64,000 nt of DNA. It comes from an uncultured Chloroflexia bacterium (GTDB taxonomy: Bacteria > Chloroflexota > Limnocylindria > Limnocylindrales > CSP1-4). The stretch lies in NCBI GenBank assembly GCA_963698505.1, contig CAVORC010000023.1:14034-78033 (forward strand). The letters run 5' to 3'. Below the pieces are notes generated by a model. It was not told the origin of the DNA, did not search any database, and saw only the letters and a list, made by a program, of their open reading frames with translations. The position numbers were made by a program, and so were the translations under genes. Of the stretch, positions 59,098-64,000 are shown in pieces (within the stretch, counting starts at the first letter, position 1; the number at the start of each line of letters is the position of its first letter).

Positions 59098-60208
59098 CTA
59101 GCCGCCCTTGACCTTGTAGAAGTGCTTGTCGACCCAGTCGCGGATGCGCGGCAGGTTGGGCCGCGTCGTGCCGTCGGCGGCCAGGCCGGCCCACGTGGCG
59201 GGCGCCAGCACCTTCATGTTCGTTCGGGGCAGCTTCATCCCGTCGAGCAACGCGAAGAGCTGCGCCGCTGCCTCGGTCGTCTTGGGGATGTTGGTCTCGA
59301 TCTTGTCGCGCACGTTGAGCAAGCGTGCCCAGCAGGCGGATGCCGGCGCCCTCGTCCTCCAGCACGTCCTTGACCGCGGCGCGGACGATGTCCTGCTGCC
59401 GCTCGGCCCTGGCCCAGTCGCTGTTGAAGCTGTCGCCGAAGGTGCCGTGGCGCGAACGGGCATAGACCAGGGCGCTGTGGCAGCGCTTGGGCTTGGGCTT
59501 GCAGTGCGGGTCGCCCTTCAGCAGGTAGTTCTTCTTCACGGGGAACCAGATGCCGCGCGTGTTGTGGTGGTGGTACGACGAGTCCACCACCTCCTTCTCC
59601 ACGTCCACCCGAACCCCACCGAGCGCGTTGATGAGGTTGGCGAAGGTGGCGAAGCGAGTCATCGCCCAGTAGTCGATGGGCGTGCCCAGGAAGGCGCCGA
59701 TGTCCTTGCTGAACCGCTTCATCGCCTTGCGGTCGACGGCGCCGTGTCCCAGCGAGGGATCGCGATAGCGGATGTAGTAGATGGAGTTCACGCGCATGCC
59801 GCCACTGCTGCCACCGCCGGCGAAGGGGATGCCCGCCATGTCGCGCGGGATGCTGACCACGGCCGCCTGGCCGGTGGTGGGATCGATGGTGGCGACCATC
59901 AGCACGTCCAGTCGCTCGCCGGGAGCATCGGGCCGCCAGTCCGAGCCGACGAGCAGCATCGTCAGGCGACCATCCTTGCCCAGCTTCAGCGGCAGGCCCG
60001 AGCTCGGTCGCGTGGTCTTCTTCTGCTTCTTGTTGTTGCGCGAATTGGTCGCCAGCTGGCGCATGGCATCGACGGCCACCCGCAGACCATCCTCTGCGCC
60101 GGTGGCGCCGGGGCCCAGGGCCAGCGCCGGTGACGAGCCGGCGAGCAGCAGCAGCGACAGCACCATCGCGGCGATGCGCGTCGTCTTCACGTGTCCCACG
60201 GAGGTCAA
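59098..60208 (-). pseudogene. LytR-CpsA-Psr (LCP) family protein, apparent frameshift
   Basis: Signal/TM segment. TMLLVGSDWR...RLDVLMVATIDPTTGQAAVVSIPRD...YARSRHG...DWARAERQQDIVRA is in one frame. The C-terminal LLNVRDKIETNIPKTTEAAAQLFALLDGMK...KVKGG-stop is in another. The shift is near 59317-59326. Confidence 0.7.
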
Positions 60209-60224
60209 CAGTACCCCGTCTTCG

Positions 60225-60970
60225 CTACATCATCACCAGGCCGCCGTCGACGGCCAGCACCTGCCCGGTGATATAGGCGGCTTCGTCGGAGGCGAGGAAG
60301 GCGACCGCGCTGGCGATCTCCTCGGGCGTGCCGAAGCGCGCCAGCGGCGTCTGCGCCTTGATGGCATCGAGGAGCTTGGGATCGAGATCGGCGGTCAGCT
60401 CGGTCAGCACGAACCCGGGCGCCACGGCGTTGCAGGTGATACCCCGGCTCGCCAGCTCGCGTGCGGTGGCCTTGGTCAGGCCGATGAGTCCGGCCTTGGC
60501 CGAGGAGTAGTTCGCCTGGCCCATCTGACCTGCCTGGCCGGAGACGCTGGTGATGTTGATGATGCGACCCGCACGCGCCTTCATCATCGGCCTGGTGGCG
60601 GCCTTGGTGGTCCAGAACGCGCCCGAGAGGTTGGTGGCGATGACGTCGTTCCAGTCCTCGGGCTTCATGCGCATGATCAGGTCGTCACGCGTGATGCCGG
60701 CGTTGTTGACCAGGATGTCGATGTGGTCGAGTCGCGCCAGGGCCGCGTCGATCAGCGCCTTCGCGGCATCTGGCTCGGCGGCATCCCCCTGCACCGCGAA
60801 GGCGGTGCGACCCATCGCCGCCATCTCGGCCACCGTCGCCTCGGCGGCGGCGGCGTTGCCCCGGTAGCTGATGCACACGTCCGCTCCCTGGGTCGCCAGA
60901 CGCAGGGCGATGGCCCGGCCGATGCCACGCGAGCCACCGGTGACGACGGCGGTCTTGCCGGAGAGATCGA

Positions 60971-60974
<4 letters not shown>
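60225..60974 (-). CDS. fabG: 3-oxoacyl-[acyl-carrier-protein] reductase
   Basis: VVTGGSRGIGRAIA, NNAGITRD and the YSSAKAG catalytic motif. ATGA overlap with fabH. Confidence 0.9.
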
Positions 60975-62181
<1,207 letters not shown>

Positions 62182-62185
<4 letters not shown>

Positions 62186-62655
62186 GAGGGGTCCACCTCG
62201 ATGAGCGCCTCGCGCGCCTTGACCAGGTCACCGTCGCCGGCGGCGATGTGCCGCACGGTGCCCGTGACGTCGCTCTTGATCTCGTTGAAGAGCTTCATGG
62301 CCTCGATGAGACCGATGACCTGCCCGGCGTTGACCTGTCCCCCCTCGCGTACGTAGGGCTCTGCCCCCGGCGAGGGGGAACGGTAGAAGACACCGGTCAG
62401 GGGCGCCCCGATGACATGCGCGCCCCGGTCCCTCGCGGGCTCCTCGGCCGGAAGCAGCACGTCGAGCACCGCTTCACCGAGGCCATCGTCGACCACGGCG
62501 GCGGTGGCTCGTGGGTCGATGGCCGCGGGTGTCCGCAGGATCACCGTGGTGCCGTCGGCCTCGACCTCCATCTCGGAGAGACCCGACCGCTCCAGCAGTC
62601 GCTCCAGGCGGTCGACAAGGCCGACCAGCTCGTTGACCTGCTCGCGGCTCGTCAT
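62182..62655 (-). CDS. accB: acetyl-CoA carboxylase biotin carboxyl carrier protein
   Basis: Biotinyl-lysine motif IEAMKLFNEI in a C-terminal lipoyl-like domain. N-terminal helical region with LSEMEVE. Confidence 0.85.
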
Positions 62656-63920
62656 CAGCCCACCCAGCGACGCAGGATGATGGCGGCGTTCTGACCGCCG
62701 AACCCGAAGGCGTTGAGCAGCGCCACCTCGAGGGTGCGCCGTCGAGCCGTCAGCGGCGTGAGGTCCAGAACGCCGGCGCGCTCATCGGGCTGATGCAGGT
62801 TGAGCGTCGGGGGGACCACGCCCTCCTCGAGCGCCTTGACCGTGGCGACCGCGGCCACCGCCCCGGCGGCGCCGAGCGTGTGGCCGATGGACGACTTGGT
62901 GGCGGTGACGCTGACATCCGCGGCATGGTCGCCGACGAGCGTGTTGATGGCCATCAGCTCGGTGGGATCGCCCTCGCCGGTGCCGGTGGCGTGGGCGCTC
63001 ACGAGGTCGATGGCATCCGCGGTCAGCCCGGCCTTCTGGAGCGCGCGGCGGGCGGCGCGCACGGCCCCGGCACCGCCGGGCGCGGGCGTGGTGATGTGGT
63101 GACCGTCGGCCGTGGCACCGTAGCCACAGACCTCAGCGTAGACACGGGCTCCGCGCCGCTGGGCGTGCTCGAGCTCTTCGAGGATGAGCGCGCCGGCACC
63201 CTCGGCCACCACGAAGCCGTCACGCTCGGCATCGAACGGTCGGCTGGCGGCAGCGGGCTCGTCATTGCGCGTGGAGAGCGCCTTCATGCGGGCGAAGCCG
63301 GCGACCGTGGCGTCCGCCACGGGCGCCTCGCAGCCGCCCGCGACCATCACGTCGGCATCGCCGCGCCGGATGATCTCGCAGGCCTCACCGAGGGCGTGGC
63401 CCGACGAGGCACAGGCACTGGTCGTCGAGTAGTTGGGGCCGAGCGCGCCGAACATGATGCCGGCCACGCCGGCAGCCATGTTGGCGATGGCCATGGGGAT
63501 GAAGAAGGGGCTGACGCGATTGGGTCCCTCGAGGCGCACGGTGGCGATCTGCTCGATGAGGGTGATCGTGCCGCCGAGCCCGGACGACATGAGGATGCCG
63601 GTGGCCTCCGCGAGCTCGCCTTCCAGGCGAAGCGGCAGACCCGCATCATCGAAGGCCTCGCGCGTCGCCACCAGCGCCATCTGCGTCGTGCGGTCGTTGC
63701 GCCGGACCTCCTTGCGGTCGAGCACACCCGCCGGATCGAAGTCCGGCACCTCGCCCGCGATGCGGCTGGGCAAGGCGCTCGCGTCGAAGAGCGTGATGGG
63801 GCGCACGCCCGACTCACCCGCGATCAGTCGGCGCCAATAGGTCGGCACGTCGGACCCCAGGGGCGTGACGGCGCCCAGGCCGGTCACCACGACGCGGCGG
63901 CCAGGGGCGACAGTGGTCAT
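62655..63920 (-). CDS. fabF: beta-ketoacyl-ACP synthase II
   Basis: RVVVTGLGAVTPLG, the active-site TACASSGHA, HATGTGEGD and NAFGFGGQNA. Confidence 0.9.
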   Translation of the reverse strand: MTTVAPGRRVVVTGLGAVTPLGSDVPTYWRRLIAGESGVRPITLFDASALPSRIAGEVPDFDPAGVLDRKEVRRNDRTTQMALVATREAFDDAGLPLRLEGELAEATGILMSSGLGGTITLIEQIATVRLEGPNRVSPFFIPMAIANMAAGVAGIMFGALGPNYSTTSACASSGHALGEACEIIRRGDADVMVAGGCEAPVADATVAGFARMKALSTRNDEPAAASRPFDAERDGFVVAEGAGALILEELEHAQRRGARVYAEVCGYGATADGHHITTPAPGGAGAVRAARRALQKAGLTADAIDLVSAHATGTGEGDPTELMAINTLVGDHAADVSVTATKSSIGHTLGAAGAVAAVATVKALEEGVVPPTLNLHQPDERAGVLDLTPLTARRRTLEVALLNAFGFGGQNAAIILRRWVG

Positions 63921-64000
63921 CTGACGAACCTCCCGGTGCGGATGGTGGCGGCTCGGTAGACGTCACCCGGCAGGCCGCGCCCGGCGACCTCCTCGGCGGC
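63917..64000 (-). CDS. 3' end of an unidentified upstream gene (partial)
   Basis: The open frame ...AAEEVAGRGLPGDVYRAATIRTGRFVR-stop has high GC3 and an ATGA overlap with the fabF start. Too short to assign. Confidence 0.25.
   Translation of the reverse strand, partial: AAEEVAGRGLPGDVYRAATIRTGRFVR

Noticed and set aside
57740-60208. An 822-aa LCP-GGDEF fusion protein suggested by the ORF track.
   Set aside because: The middle ~100 codons are Arg/Gln/His-rich nonsense. The LCP C-terminus is found intact in another frame ending at 59098, and the GGDEF protein has its own GTG at 59026. The long ORF is a frameshift read-through.

Overview
This is a very high-GC (by eye about 70%) chromosomal segment with an Actinomycetota-like gene set: PAC2, F420/deazaflavin enzymes, a DevR-like regulator, an LCP protein and KatG. 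I call about 62 protein-coding genes, tightly packed, with many ATGA/GTGA start-stop overlaps. I saw no rRNA, tRNA, CRISPR array, transposase or integrase.

Gene content, left to right:
- PAC2 3' end and an NhaP-type antiporter.
- Two tandem secreted paralogs, followed by a peptidoglycan-binding HlyD-type adaptor and a MacB-type ABC pair.
- DCC oxidoreductase, O-methyltransferase, a PPOX/F420 enzyme and pabB-pabC.
- HhH-GPD glycosylase, a Ddn-like nitroreductase, a DEAD-box helicase and pepN.
- A GreA gene with a long N-terminal extension, an SLT/SH3 muramidase, an S41 protease and add.
- A redox/stress island at about 24-39 kb. It holds a multicopper oxidase-USP operon, a GAF kinase with a DevR-like regulator, Rrf2, a second USP, DsbA, an ArsR-DsrE-TusA-DsrE-TusA-SQR sulfur cluster, katG and TerB.
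- thyX, punA, an RDD protein, moaA, DUF4383, acs, a K+ channel and a class V aminotransferase.
- A minus-strand block from about 60.2 down to 48.7 kb: LCP, a GGDEF protein, PolX, a TPR/poly-acidic protein, a 1477-aa ORF and a second DUF885 gene.
- fabF-accB-fabH-fabG.

Main observations:
1. The 1477-aa ORF joins a degenerate Zn-ribbon methyltransferase-like region and a PD-(D/E)xK-like module to a complete DUF885 domain. It lies next to a DUF885 paralog and downstream of PolX.
2. Otherwise well-conserved genes are interrupted by about 14-15 apparent single-site frameshifts, seven of them within 41.0-43.5 kb. These are either assembly indels or very recent decay, and they weaken every fusion or ORF-boundary call here.
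3. A full-length GreA is fused to a GIY-YIG-like N-terminal domain.
4. A DosR/DevR-type box lies upstream of a USP gene, beside the DevR-like two-component pair.
5. DnaA-box-like motif arrays and 21-bp direct repeats occur in two intergenic regions.

All calls come from reading the translations and sequence by eye. Frameshift positions are approximate (about +/-10 nt), and family names rest on remembered motifs, not on searches.
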